Notes: a model not told the origin generated them from the letters alone. Shown: positions 34,924 to 44,380, counted from the stretch's first letter. The stretch: 64,000 nt of DNA from Bdellovibrio sp. (GCA_037968775.1 JBBKWD010000072.1:11339-75338); one strand, 5' to 3'. Program-made: numbers and translations.

Positions 34924-35882
34924 TTTCTATTGTAGTGCCCTCTTCAGGGTCTGCCTCGTCAGTTCGACACCTCTGTGACTCGATTCTTCAGCAGAAAGTC
35001 TCGGAGGAACTTGAGGTTTATATTGTCGCCAATCCCGATTCGAAAGAGATTCGCTCGCTACTTGCCGAATACCCGGCTCGATTTCATTACCTATCCAGCG
35101 GTCGCGGAGCGAATTGCGCGCGCAACGCAGGCCTTAAAGCCACACGCGGACGATTTGTTTTCTTTTTTGATGACGACTGTATTTTACCCTCAGCAGACTT
35201 TTTGGCTCGCGGCATTTCCTACCTAAATCAACATCCCGCCTGCATGGGGTATGGCGGCACTTATCGCCCTTACCAAAAATCGCTTTCCATCTATGACACC
35301 GCCTACTGCTATATTCAAAATAAATGGCTATTGGAAGGGGTCACCTCCACCGGAGAATCGCTATATTTAATTGGCGGCAATATGATGCTTCGACGCGAGC
35401 TCTTTACTCAGTATGGATTATTTTCCGAAAATCTCGCCTTCGGTGGCACCGAGACCGAACTCTTCAGTCGCATGGAAAACGTGCGCCTCGACTTCGATGC
35501 CGATCGATTTGTGTGGCACAATTATCAACTCAGCTATTGGACCTTTTTGCGAAAAGGATTCCTGCAGGGGGTGGGCAGCAGTTATATCCGTAAATTTCAT
35601 CCGGGTTGGAAACGCAGCGAAATTACCTACGGAAAATCGGCCGTTCTAAACAAAGTTGAACTCAACTCCGTGTCAGACCGCGCGCTGCAGAAATACAAAT
35701 GGGCTTTTTTTACTGGGGATCTTTTTTACCAGAAGAACAAGCGGACGAAAATGTCTCGTGCGCGGATATCTTGGGAACTTTTTCGATCCCAATACTTTCA
35801 AAATAAAAACAGATTCCGTCACACCCTTGATGATATTTTGTGTATCGTAGAGAACATAAGGAATAAATATGCCGGTCGATAA
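34920..35882 (+). CDS. Family 2 glycosyltransferase
   Basis: Motifs MISIVVPSSG, VYIVANPD, ARNAGL and FFFDDDCIL. Confidence 0.75.
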   Translation: MISIVVPSSGSASSVRHLCDSILQQKVSEELEVYIVANPDSKEIRSLLAEYPARFHYLSSGRGANCARNAGLKATRGRFVFFFDDDCILPSADFLARGISYLNQHPACMGYGGTYRPYQKSLSIYDTAYCYIQNKWLLEGVTSTGESLYLIGGNMMLRRELFTQYGLFSENLAFGGTETELFSRMENVRLDFDADRFVWHNYQLSYWTFLRKGFLQGVGSSYIRKFHPGWKRSEITYGKSAVLNKVELNSVSDRALQKYKWAFFTGDLFYQKNKRTKMSRARISWELFRSQYFQNKNRFRHTLDDILCIVENIRNKYAGR

Positions 35883-36738
35883 AAGCTTATTGCTACGCTC
35901 TGCTCAGCCCCTACAGGACCCTCAAGTGGAAGCTTATATAGAAACGCTATCATTCAAGAACCTTCGCAAGTGGAATGATGCAGAGAACTCGAGGCTTCAC
36001 TTTTTTCGAGCAGCGACCCTTTGGCTGCAGGATTTTTTGGGCACAAATGACTTAGCCGCATTTCCTCATCTTCACCTCACAAACGGGACTACGGGGTCTT
36101 TTGAAAACTTCTACCAAATTCACTGCAATCGTAAGCTGAAGGTTTTGCCTGGCGAATATCCCTTTCATCGCGATGTTTTTGAGAATCTTGAACGCCCCTG
36201 GGCTTGGCTCCAAATTGATCAGCTTGATCAGAATGACTTTGTGATACTCTCTGTTCCTTTTTCCGGAGACGGCAATATCCATCCCGAACTTTTTTCCGTT
36301 CTAGAGCACTGCGAAGCCTTAAGAATTCCCGTTCTTATTGATTGTGCTTTCGCGGGCCTCAGTGCATTGACCTTGCCAGACCTCCGTCGCTTTCAATGCA
36401 TTCAAAAAATTTCTTTTTCTCTATCCAAGGTGTTTAACTTCGGGCACTTTCGCTGTGGATTTGAATATTGCAAACTTCCTACAGGCAGTAATTTTATTCT
36501 TAACAACTGGGATTATGGCCCTAAAGCTGCCGCCTATTGGGGATTGGCTTTGATGCAGCAGTTTCCCCTTCGCCATATATTTGATACCTATCGAGCTAAG
36601 CAGCTCGAGGTTTGCAAAGAACTTCAGATTACGCCCTCTGATACGGTGCTTTTTGGAATCGGTGATGATTCTTGGAAAGAGTTTAATCGCGATAAGACTT
36701 TCAACCGAATTTGTCTTTCAAATGTTTTAGCGACTTAA
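35869..36738 (+). CDS. PLP-dependent aminotransferase-like protein (short, fold-type I-like)
   Basis: FSLSKVFNFGHFRCGF matches the SxSK...GxRxG pyridoxal-lysine signature of class I/II aminotransferases. At 289 aa it is shorter than canonical enzymes. Confidence 0.4.
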   Translation: MPVDKSLLLRSAQPLQDPQVEAYIETLSFKNLRKWNDAENSRLHFFRAATLWLQDFLGTNDLAAFPHLHLTNGTTGSFENFYQIHCNRKLKVLPGEYPFHRDVFENLERPWAWLQIDQLDQNDFVILSVPFSGDGNIHPELFSVLEHCEALRIPVLIDCAFAGLSALTLPDLRRFQCIQKISFSLSKVFNFGHFRCGFEYCKLPTGSNFILNNWDYGPKAAAYWGLALMQQFPLRHIFDTYRAKQLEVCKELQITPSDTVLFGIGDDSWKEFNRDKTFNRICLSNVLAT

Positions 36739-36755
36739 GAGTTTTAATGGCGGTA

Positions 36756-37214
36756 TTAGAGTTTGATCTGAACATAACTGTGTTCAGACTCATTTTCAGT
36801 GGATGGCATCTCTTGAAATCCGAAACTTTCGTAAACCGGCAATGCCGATAGCCTAGGGTAAGACCACATTTTCTGAAACCCTTGCTTTCGGCCCCACTCC
36901 CTCTGTGCATTCATTAACATCACAGAACCGCCCTGCTTTCGATAGTCCGGTTCCACATATAAACCTCGAATACGGTACGTCAGAGCAGAGGTTCCATGGC
37001 CCGATAGCACGCCGATGAGATTTTCCCCTCTAAAAAGGCCCACAAAATAGGGCTCATATTGATGGTAAATTTGCAGGTCATAACCACCCCCTAAAAGCAT
37101 AGAGCTCATGGGACGTATCGCATCGGTGCGCGTAGGCCAAAGTTTAGTGCGCCAAAATGGCAGGACTTCTGCAAAAGTGATTTGTTTGATAGAAAAATTC
37201 ATAAGTTCTGCCAT
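36756..37214 (-). CDS. GNAT-family N-acetyltransferase
   Basis: 152 aa. LYVEPDYRKQGGSVMLMNAQREWGRKQG is an acetyl-CoA-binding motif A-like segment. Confidence 0.6.
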   Translation of the reverse strand: MAELMNFSIKQITFAEVLPFWRTKLWPTRTDAIRPMSSMLLGGGYDLQIYHQYEPYFVGLFRGENLIGVLSGHGTSALTYRIRGLYVEPDYRKQGGSVMLMNAQREWGRKQGFQKMWSYPRLSALPVYESFGFQEMPSTENESEHSYVQIKL

Positions 37215-37223
37215 AATAATATC

Positions 37224-37772
37224 ATGTCGTCGTCAAATCCCGTACGGAAAATAAGTTTTGAAGTTAATTTACCACGCTTGCTGGATGAGGCGAACCAGCT
37301 GATTTCCTCGGTGGGATTTGACAAGTCCGCGCAACAGATTGGCCTCACTCATACGCCTTCATGTGCCGCAGAGAATCGATACTTTGAGTCCGTGGGCTCA
37401 CTTTATGACTATGAAAAAGACAAGTTTGCCTTTCATGAACGTGATTTTAATGTCTTCAATCAAGACCACCAGGGGTCTTATTTTGAATGGCTCTATTTAA
37501 ACCTGCCCTTTAAAGTGGCCCGCATGCGCCTGATGCGCATGCCACCCAAAAAATGTCTTTCTATTCATGAGGACACCGGGCCCCGTTATCATATTGCGCT
37601 AAAGACCAATCCATTTTCTTATCTCTTTTTCCCAGAGTCGAAAATCAGCTTTCAAATTCCAGCTGATGGATTTTTATATGAGATGGATGCGACTCAGCTC
37701 CACACAGCATTCAATGCCGACCTCAGTGAAGATCGCATTCATTTAGTTTTCTCAGATTTAGAAAAAAGCTAA
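37224..37772 (+). CDS. Aspartyl/asparaginyl beta-hydroxylase-like cupin (2OG/Fe(II) oxygenase family)
   Basis: Start at ATG 37224. The segment LSIHEDTGPRYHIALKTN...DATQLHTAFNADLSEDRIHLVF fits the H-x-D...H pattern and the conserved R-x-H / D-R-x-H-L blocks of that family. Confidence 0.55.
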   Translation: MSSSNPVRKISFEVNLPRLLDEANQLISSVGFDKSAQQIGLTHTPSCAAENRYFESVGSLYDYEKDKFAFHERDFNVFNQDHQGSYFEWLYLNLPFKVARMRLMRMPPKKCLSIHEDTGPRYHIALKTNPFSYLFFPESKISFQIPADGFLYEMDATQLHTAFNADLSEDRIHLVFSDLEKS

Positions 37773-37795
37773 GACGAAATTTTTCAGGCCGCGAA

Positions 37796-39250
37796 TCAAT
37801 CGAGAAATATCTTGAGCTTTTCATATATGGAGGGCGACAGATGATTAACGAAAAACGTCTTTGCCGTCGTCCGCATTAATTTGTGTTTAAAATACATCGA
37901 ATGGCGGTAACGTGCTTTTTCTGTCAACGGCGTCAAATGATACAGAGGAGTCCTCTCAAGATAAAATCGCAAACCTTTTTGATGGGCTGTAAACCCAAAG
38001 TCCGTATCTTCAAAACCATAAGAAACATAGGTCTTGCGAAATTTACCCAAGTTTAAGAATGTCTCTCGCTTTAAACTCAAACTATAAGTACACGCGTACT
38101 TCCAATAGTCGGGAATACCCATCCAATCGTCGCTGGTGAAAAAGGGGCCCCAATAGGATTCTTCCTCGATATAGACGTCTTTTTTCCCGAGCGCTTGAAT
38201 TTCTGTGAACTTGCCGGAAAATGACGGCTTTATATGATAACGAACAAACTGTAAAAGATCTGTTTGCTGCAGCCTTTGCTGCACGATTTCTAAATAGTTA
38301 TCGGGAACGATCATGTCGGAGTCTAAGAAACTCAAGATCGATCCCTTAGAAAAAGATGCCCCATAGTTTCGGCAGAGACCCGCCCGAAAGCTTCCCAACA
38401 ACTCCCCTGCTTTCTGAGTTTTCGGCACATGGTGATAGCTAAAGTTAAAGTTACCAAGCTCAGGGGCCAAGAAGGACTTCAGCGTATTCGTCGCCGCTTG
38501 GGGTGAACCATCATCGACAACTAGGACCTCAAATCGATTGCGATTGCAGTTTTGCTTCAAAAGATGGCGCAAAGAGTTCACCAAAAAGTCAGTTCCTTCA
38601 TATGCCGGAATGATCACCGACACTTCGATCTGAGGCTGGGCACTTTGACTTGAAACCAATTCCTGCCCTCGCAAAAAGAGTTCGACTTCTTGAGGAATCC
38701 GACTGTCGTATTGATCCAGTCCCGGTAACGGGCGATATTTCATTTCCGGGAAACTCTTTGTGATCTTTTGGCCCAATTGGTAAATATGTTTGCCGCTCAT
38801 CTTGCTGCAAGGCTCAAAGTAAAGTTGTTCCCTGAGCCAAATCGGTAGATACGACAAATTTGCCGCCACCTCAAAAGGTTTTGAATACTTCAGCAATCCA
38901 TAAATTTGAGCGCGCAGCGGATACAAACTCTCCAGATGACCGGACAAAGGCTCTGCACAAGGCCTGAGCTCCAAAATAATCTCATCAGTTTCCTGCAAAA
39001 TATTTTCCAGGTCCGAACGACTGACGTCCTTCAACACCTCATGCGGAAGCTGCAAGCAAATGGCCATCTTTGCCTCTCGCAACCGCTGCCTTAAATCACT
39101 CCACAACTTTGGGTGGCGGGGCCATTGCCACGAAATAAGTATATGCGAACACTCGCAGAGCAAGGCTTTCTGAATTCGCCTCTCGCAAATCGCCGCCTCC
39201 TCATGGAACTCTAGTCGATAATAAGTTTTCATGACTCTAGAGTCGGCCAT
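37796..39250 (-). CDS. Long two-domain glycosyltransferase (unknown N-terminal ~200 aa + GT2 domain), paralog A
   Basis: Motifs VSVIIPAYEG, FEVLVVDDGSPQ, FLDSDMIVP and YGFEDTDFGF. The start overlaps the rSAM stop by 22 nt, or by ATGA if Met7 at 39232 is used. Confidence 0.8.
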   Translation of the reverse strand: MADSRVMKTYYRLEFHEEAAICERRIQKALLCECSHILISWQWPRHPKLWSDLRQRLREAKMAICLQLPHEVLKDVSRSDLENILQETDEIILELRPCAEPLSGHLESLYPLRAQIYGLLKYSKPFEVAANLSYLPIWLREQLYFEPCSKMSGKHIYQLGQKITKSFPEMKYRPLPGLDQYDSRIPQEVELFLRGQELVSSQSAQPQIEVSVIIPAYEGTDFLVNSLRHLLKQNCNRNRFEVLVVDDGSPQAATNTLKSFLAPELGNFNFSYHHVPKTQKAGELLGSFRAGLCRNYGASFSKGSILSFLDSDMIVPDNYLEIVQQRLQQTDLLQFVRYHIKPSFSGKFTEIQALGKKDVYIEEESYWGPFFTSDDWMGIPDYWKYACTYSLSLKRETFLNLGKFRKTYVSYGFEDTDFGFTAHQKGLRFYLERTPLYHLTPLTEKARYRHSMYFKHKLMRTTAKTFFVNHLSPSIYEKLKIFLD

Positions 39251-40362
39251 AAGGGTGCCGTTGATGAACTTTTTCTTTTTGGAATTTTACTATCAGCACT
39301 GCTCACGCAAGACGGTGTCGTGCACGGTCGCAGGTCCTCAAACAATTGAAAGCCTTCGTCTAAACTTCCCAGGGGTTTGTCATGACAACTATAACTTCGC
39401 TTAACGACGCCACCGGGTTCTCGAATAACCAAAGAGCGATAACCAGCACTGCACTGCCATCCGGAAAATTGATTAAAGGGAAATGCATTCAATCTTTCGG
39501 CCTGATCTAAATACCAAAGCTTGCCGTCCGAATCCCTTAGTTCCATTTGCATATTTGCATGGCGAACAGTTTCCAGACTGCGATCTTGAATTTGATATTT
39601 AGAACGAGGACGAGGCGAAGTCTTTTGCAAGGCTTGCAGCCGCAGACCGGTATAGTCCATTTGCGGCAATCCGTTCTTCAGGATCTCCATTTGGGCTGCT
39701 GTGTAACCGTCCACTACCATGGTCGCATCCAAGTTGGATTGGGGCTTCAAGGTCACATTGATTCCCGCATTGTGAAAGTCTAAAGCCAGTTCCCACAGCA
39801 TTTCAAAACGCTCTGGCACCATCACCATATTGATAGTGACTTGCACGTCATGCCCCTGCAAAAAGATAATTTTCTGTTTGAATTCTTCAGACTTCGCAAA
39901 TTCAGAGTGATAGCTCGCTGTGATGCTGACGCGATTGAGTTCTTTCGTGGCTTCGACGTATTTCTCATACCAAGCCATTTTTAAACTGAGATTTGTAGTC
40001 ATATGAACAGATTGATAATTACAGTTAGGTGTGTCGGCCCCGTAAGCCTGCAAAAAATCGAGGTAACCCGGATGCATACTGGGCTCACCTCCACTAAAAG
40101 AAAAGTGAAAAGAATTAAAGCCCCGCTCTCGGGCTTGGCGTTTGATCTCTGCAATATTCTGAATGACGACTTCTGTCGGACGGTGATCTTTTATTTTAGT
40201 GCTCGCATAGGGCCAGCAATAGCTGCAAGAGTAATTGCAAAAGCGACCGAGAATCCAGCTCACAGCAAATAAGTCGCGATACAAAAGACTGCGCTGCCCC
40301 AGGCTCTCGATTTTTTCAAATGGAATTTGAGTGAAATCATATTCAGATAGATGTGTACTCAC
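39229..40362 (-). CDS. Radical SAM enzyme with C-terminal Cys cluster (twitch/SPASM-like)
   Basis: The GTG start shares nt 40362 with the upstream stop. CxxxCxxC in GRFCNYSCSYCWP. C-terminal WQCSAG...SYSCHD...RPCTTPSC. Confidence 0.8.
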   Translation of the reverse strand: MSTHLSEYDFTQIPFEKIESLGQRSLLYRDLFAVSWILGRFCNYSCSYCWPYASTKIKDHRPTEVVIQNIAEIKRQARERGFNSFHFSFSGGEPSMHPGYLDFLQAYGADTPNCNYQSVHMTTNLSLKMAWYEKYVEATKELNRVSITASYHSEFAKSEEFKQKIIFLQGHDVQVTINMVMVPERFEMLWELALDFHNAGINVTLKPQSNLDATMVVDGYTAAQMEILKNGLPQMDYTGLRLQALQKTSPRPRSKYQIQDRSLETVRHANMQMELRDSDGKLWYLDQAERLNAFPFNQFSGWQCSAGYRSLVIREPGGVVKRSYSCHDKPLGSLDEGFQLFEDLRPCTTPSCVSSADSKIPKRKSSSTAPLWPTLES

Positions 40363-41090
40363 TACTTCACTCCAATTTGCATGAAACGCTTGTATCCGAA
40401 CAATTCTAGCTCTCCGCTAAAAAGAATCGTGGATAAAGGAGCTTGCTGTTCAAAGGCATGCAGATCTGCCACACAATTCACATGATCACGGCCCTCATAA
40501 AAATCATTATTCTGGAGAACAACAAATTGCCCGGAAGGAATGGCCTCAAACCAACCCTTAAAATTCGTCAAATGCTCACAGACGGTATTAATTATAATAT
40601 GGGGTTGATGGGGTGCAAAAGCAGCGGCGTGTAAATCCATAGTTTTCACATCCAGCATGCCGTTCCAAGAATAAGGCTCATTCAAACTATTTGCGATCTC
40701 GGCGCATTCTGGATCAATATCAAAGCTGCAACAGTCTTTGACTAAATGAGGCATCAACCAAAAACTCATTAAAGCTGTCATTCCCGTCCAGCCCCCACCA
40801 ACTTGCAGTGAATACTGTCCTTGCGGAAGGACGTCTTTTAAGACTTCAAAAAGCCAAATTTTAGATTCGATTTGTCCTTGAGAAAGGGACTCTTGCACAC
40901 TTTTCCAATGACGCGCGTCCAACTTTTTAACTTGTCGCGCATAGGTGCCGTACTCCCACAATCCTTCACTGAGCAAATGCTTTTGCCAGTGCCCTAGCGC
41001 CTGCGTGGAGCAAGATCCCTCGAGGAAGGATTGCATCGCCCTGGCAAAAGAGCGTATAGATTGTGAAGTTAGAGTTCTGTCCTGCATCAA
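40362..41090 (-). CDS. Class I SAM-dependent methyltransferase-like protein
   Basis: LQVGGGWTG resembles a glycine-rich motif I. SFDIDPEC provides the acidic end of strand 2. IIINTVCEHL resembles motif IV. Confidence 0.5.
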   Translation of the reverse strand: MMQDRTLTSQSIRSFARAMQSFLEGSCSTQALGHWQKHLLSEGLWEYGTYARQVKKLDARHWKSVQESLSQGQIESKIWLFEVLKDVLPQGQYSLQVGGGWTGMTALMSFWLMPHLVKDCCSFDIDPECAEIANSLNEPYSWNGMLDVKTMDLHAAAFAPHQPHIIINTVCEHLTNFKGWFEAIPSGQFVVLQNNDFYEGRDHVNCVADLHAFEQQAPLSTILFSGELELFGYKRFMQIGVK

Positions 41091-41145
41091 CTATTTATTA
41101 GCCATTCCAGGACCTGTAATGTCAAGATCTTGAAAGAGGTTTGGT

Positions 41146-42240
41146 TTGTATAATTATGAAGATATCAGAATGGTTCATCTCGAGGTGACGTCTCGCTGCA
41201 ACGCGAGCTGCCCTATGTGCGCACGCAATATTCACGGCGGCAAAACCAGCCCCTATCTTCCCTTAACAGACCTCCGCCTGGAGCAAATAAAACAAATCTT
41301 TCCTGTCGCATTTATCCGACAACTTAATAAAATCTATCTCTGCGGTAATTATGGGGACCCGGCTGCGGGGCCAGAGACTCTCGAAATTCTTTCTTACTTC
41401 CGAGAGGTCCACCCTCAAATCACTCTCGGAGTCCACACCAATGGCGGCGTTCGATCCTCTGAATGGTGGGGGCAATTAGCAAAAGTTGTTAGTTATTGCC
41501 GTTTCGGTATCGATGGCCTCGAGGACACCAATCACCTTTATCGCCGAAATGTAAACTGGGAGCGCCTGCAACAAAACATTAAGGCCTTTGTTGCTGCCGG
41601 TGGACGTGCCGAATGGGACTTCCTATTGTTTGAACACAATGAACACCAAATAGACAGAGCACGAGACCTTGCAAAAACCTGGGGCTTTCAAGACTTTCAG
41701 GTTAAGAACACGTCGCGGTTTTTTGACAAAAAAACAACCACGACATTAATGGACTATCAGGTGCGGGATGTTGATGGTCAGAACATTTATAAGTTACGTC
41801 CGACGCGCTTGTCTCATTATCAAAATAAAGCCCTTGAAAAGGGTTATCGTGAAGTTGTGGCGGAATACGGTTCAGTGATGGATTATTGGAACAAGACTGA
41901 AATTCAGTGCCGTGTTGCTGTTGAAAAAAGTATTTATATCTCAGCAGAGGGTTTGGTTTTCCCCTGCTGTTGGACCGCTGGGCAGCTTTACTCTGCGACG
42001 ACGCCAATGTCGGCCGCGAACAATGAAGTCTGGAAACAAATTGAGTCCTTGAGTGAAGGCAAAGAATCCCTTTCGGCTCTTCGTTACAGCATAGAGTCCA
42101 TCCTCCGTGGTGCTTACTTTCAAAAAACGCTACCAGAAAGCTGGAACGCGCCTTCCCTGAAAGAAGGTAAACTGCAAGTCTGTGCAAAAACCTGTGGACA
42201 GACTGTGAAACCTTTTGAAAGTCAGTTTATCAAAGTATGA
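41146..42240 (+). CDS. Radical SAM / SPASM-type enzyme
   Basis: TTG 41146 lies 6 nt after AAAGAGG. Motifs LEVTSRCNASCPMC (CxxxCxxC) and LCGNYGDP. C-terminal Cys motifs: IQCRV, FPCCW and CAKTCG. Confidence 0.8.
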   Translation: MYNYEDIRMVHLEVTSRCNASCPMCARNIHGGKTSPYLPLTDLRLEQIKQIFPVAFIRQLNKIYLCGNYGDPAAGPETLEILSYFREVHPQITLGVHTNGGVRSSEWWGQLAKVVSYCRFGIDGLEDTNHLYRRNVNWERLQQNIKAFVAAGGRAEWDFLLFEHNEHQIDRARDLAKTWGFQDFQVKNTSRFFDKKTTTTLMDYQVRDVDGQNIYKLRPTRLSHYQNKALEKGYREVVAEYGSVMDYWNKTEIQCRVAVEKSIYISAEGLVFPCCWTAGQLYSATTPMSAANNEVWKQIESLSEGKESLSALRYSIESILRGAYFQKTLPESWNAPSLKEGKLQVCAKTCGQTVKPFESQFIKV

Positions 42241-43628
42241 AGGGCGCCTATATTTCCCCGACAGTTTACAAATACCTTTGGGGCACAAGACTCCCTTGGC
42301 CCTTTGGTAAAACTCGCGTAGAAATTGATTCTCTCTACACAGAGTTTCAAAAGTCCCCTTATCGCCATTTTCTGTTTCCAGCTGACTGGCTCCAAAAGTT
42401 AAAAAACTCAGAAACCCTTCCACCGGAAGCCGTCCTCATTGTTACCGCAAAAAAATATTCAACCTCAAATGGCCACAAACACCCATTGATTGTTTTGGTA
42501 AAGTCGGCCGATGAGGCCCTGCGATTTTTTGACTCCGGCAGTCCCGCAACTGAAATTTTTCTACTTACCGACTCTGTTCCTCAAAAAAAAGATTTAGAGG
42601 CTCTTATGAAAATTCCCAATTTAAAATGGCATTTTTCATATAAAATGAAGGACTCCGACCTGCAACGCAGTCTTAAGATCTTAAAGTCTCAAAATTTTTC
42701 CGCGAAATCTTCCGATTTTATAGAGCTGACTTCGCAAAAGAATATCGACCTTTGGTTTGCCCCTGAAGTTGAAGTTCTCTTGCAAAAAATTCCACCAGAA
42801 AGTCCCGACTTTTCGATCGTCATCCCTTTTCAGGACAACTATGCAGAGCTCGAGCAAACCCTGACATTTCTTTTCCAAAGCCTGACCTCAGACCTTCATT
42901 TTGAGATTTTACTTGCCGACGACAGCTTTTCCAAAGCTCACCAGGCCGCTCTGCTCGAAATCCTGAAGTCTCATTCCGTACCAGCAACTTATTTAAAACT
43001 TCACCGCGAAGCTGGACGAAAAAAAGGTGACTTGTCTTTTCGGGCCGGTGTCGCCCGCAACTGTGCTGTCCGTTTTGCCCACGGCAAAGAACTCGTCTTT
43101 TTGGACTCTGATATTCTGGTCGGAGCCGGTTTGTGGAATAACATTCAGCTAGATCGCAAGAGTCACCAAGGCCCCTTGATGCCCCGTCGCCACTTTCTTC
43201 GTTCAGATCTTTCGCTGCGAAATAAAGACTATTCTAAAATTTCTTTAGGCCAAGACACCCTTTTAAGCTGGGGCGGACACTGGGAAGATTTCTATCGCCA
43301 TTCAACAGATTCCGATAGCTGGAAATGGACATCGACCTACTGCCTGGCTCTTCCCAAAGACCTTTTTCTTGAGCTCGGAGGCTTTCGCAGATCTTTTTAT
43401 TGTTACGGATTTGAGGACACCGATTTGGGCTTTAGATTGGCGCATAGTTCACGTCCTTTAAAAGTACTCAATCAGGATGTTTTTCACCTGCCCACCCCCA
43501 CAGAACGCAGTGAATATGCCGCCGACTTTAACCAACGAAAAAAGCTTTTGAAAAAATCTTTTGCAGTTTTTCAACGGAGCGTTTTGGAACCGAATTTATT
43601 GCCGCAATTTAAGCACATTATTTCCTAG
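42237..43628 (+). CDS. Long two-domain glycosyltransferase (unknown N-terminal ~200 aa + GT2 domain), paralog B
   Basis: ATGA overlap with the upstream rSAM gene. Motifs FSIVIPFQDN, FEILLADDS, FLDSDILV and YGFEDTDLGF. The C-terminal domain aligns with that of the 37796-39250 protein. Confidence 0.8.
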   Translation: MKGAYISPTVYKYLWGTRLPWPFGKTRVEIDSLYTEFQKSPYRHFLFPADWLQKLKNSETLPPEAVLIVTAKKYSTSNGHKHPLIVLVKSADEALRFFDSGSPATEIFLLTDSVPQKKDLEALMKIPNLKWHFSYKMKDSDLQRSLKILKSQNFSAKSSDFIELTSQKNIDLWFAPEVEVLLQKIPPESPDFSIVIPFQDNYAELEQTLTFLFQSLTSDLHFEILLADDSFSKAHQAALLEILKSHSVPATYLKLHREAGRKKGDLSFRAGVARNCAVRFAHGKELVFLDSDILVGAGLWNNIQLDRKSHQGPLMPRRHFLRSDLSLRNKDYSKISLGQDTLLSWGGHWEDFYRHSTDSDSWKWTSTYCLALPKDLFLELGGFRRSFYCYGFEDTDLGFRLAHSSRPLKVLNQDVFHLPTPTERSEYAADFNQRKKLLKKSFAVFQRSVLEPNLLPQFKHIIS

Positions 43629-43661
43629 AACAATCGCCACTCTGGCATTAATCTTTTCATC

Positions 43662-44372
43662 ATGACGAAGCCACTTTTTATAGTCGACGACTGGGGCATG
43701 AGCCCTGCGATCAACGAAGCCGCGCTCTTTCTGGCCCAGCAAGGCTGGCTGTATGGAATTTCTGTCATTGCGAGATCACGATTTTATGCTCACCAACTTC
43801 AAGAAGTTCTCGCCTGTGACGTCAAAGTGGGCTGCCATCTCAACTTAACCTTTGATCTGAATCCAGCACTTCCCGAAAGCTCCACTTGGCTGGGAACAAC
43901 TCAACAAATTGCGAAAGCTCTGGGCACGGGCCTGTTTTTCAATCAAAAAATTTCGATAGAAATAAATCAACAAGTGGATTGGGTTCGAAAGCACATAGGA
44001 CGATTGGACTATTTGGATGGGCATCATCATATTCACTTGTATCCGGGGGTTTTGAAGGCCAGCCAGGCCGTGGCCGCCTATAACCAGATCCCACTGCGAG
44101 TGGTGACGGACTCTTCGTTTAAAAGTAACTACGGATTGGCTTTGTGGGCCAAGTGGGCCCTTAAAAAATCAGACTACTTCGAGTGTCTATATCTCAATCA
44201 AAATGATATCGAAACAGATCGGAACTTACGCGCAAAGGCGCTGAATACTCAAGAACTACCTGTGGCCGTTCATCCAGCCACTCGGAATGACTTTGCTGAA
44301 AATAAAGTGGCCGATCTTTTAAGTGCGGATCGCGTGATTCAATTTGAAAAAATTAAATCTGCCCTTTTGTAG
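43662..44372 (+). CDS. YdjC/ChbG/HpnK-family carbohydrate deacetylase
   Basis: N-terminal FIVDDWGMSPAINEA (metal-binding Asp) and DGHHHIH motif. Confidence 0.75.
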   Translation: MTKPLFIVDDWGMSPAINEAALFLAQQGWLYGISVIARSRFYAHQLQEVLACDVKVGCHLNLTFDLNPALPESSTWLGTTQQIAKALGTGLFFNQKISIEINQQVDWVRKHIGRLDYLDGHHHIHLYPGVLKASQAVAAYNQIPLRVVTDSSFKSNYGLALWAKWALKKSDYFECLYLNQNDIETDRNLRAKALNTQELPVAVHPATRNDFAENKVADLLSADRVIQFEKIKSALL

Positions 44373-44380
44373 ATCTTCGT

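Noticed and set aside
28363-43628. RiPP (ribosomal peptide) cluster, because SPASM/twitch radical-SAM enzymes and GT2 S-glycosyltransferases occur in RiPP pathways
   Set aside because: No short precursor-like ORF with a leader/core organisation lies next to any rSAM gene. No RiPP recognition element, protease or export ABC transporter is visible. The accompanying genes (nucleotide-sugar dehydrogenase, epimerase, sugar aminotransferase, deacetylase) point to carbohydrate chemistry. The idea is kept only as a remote alternative.
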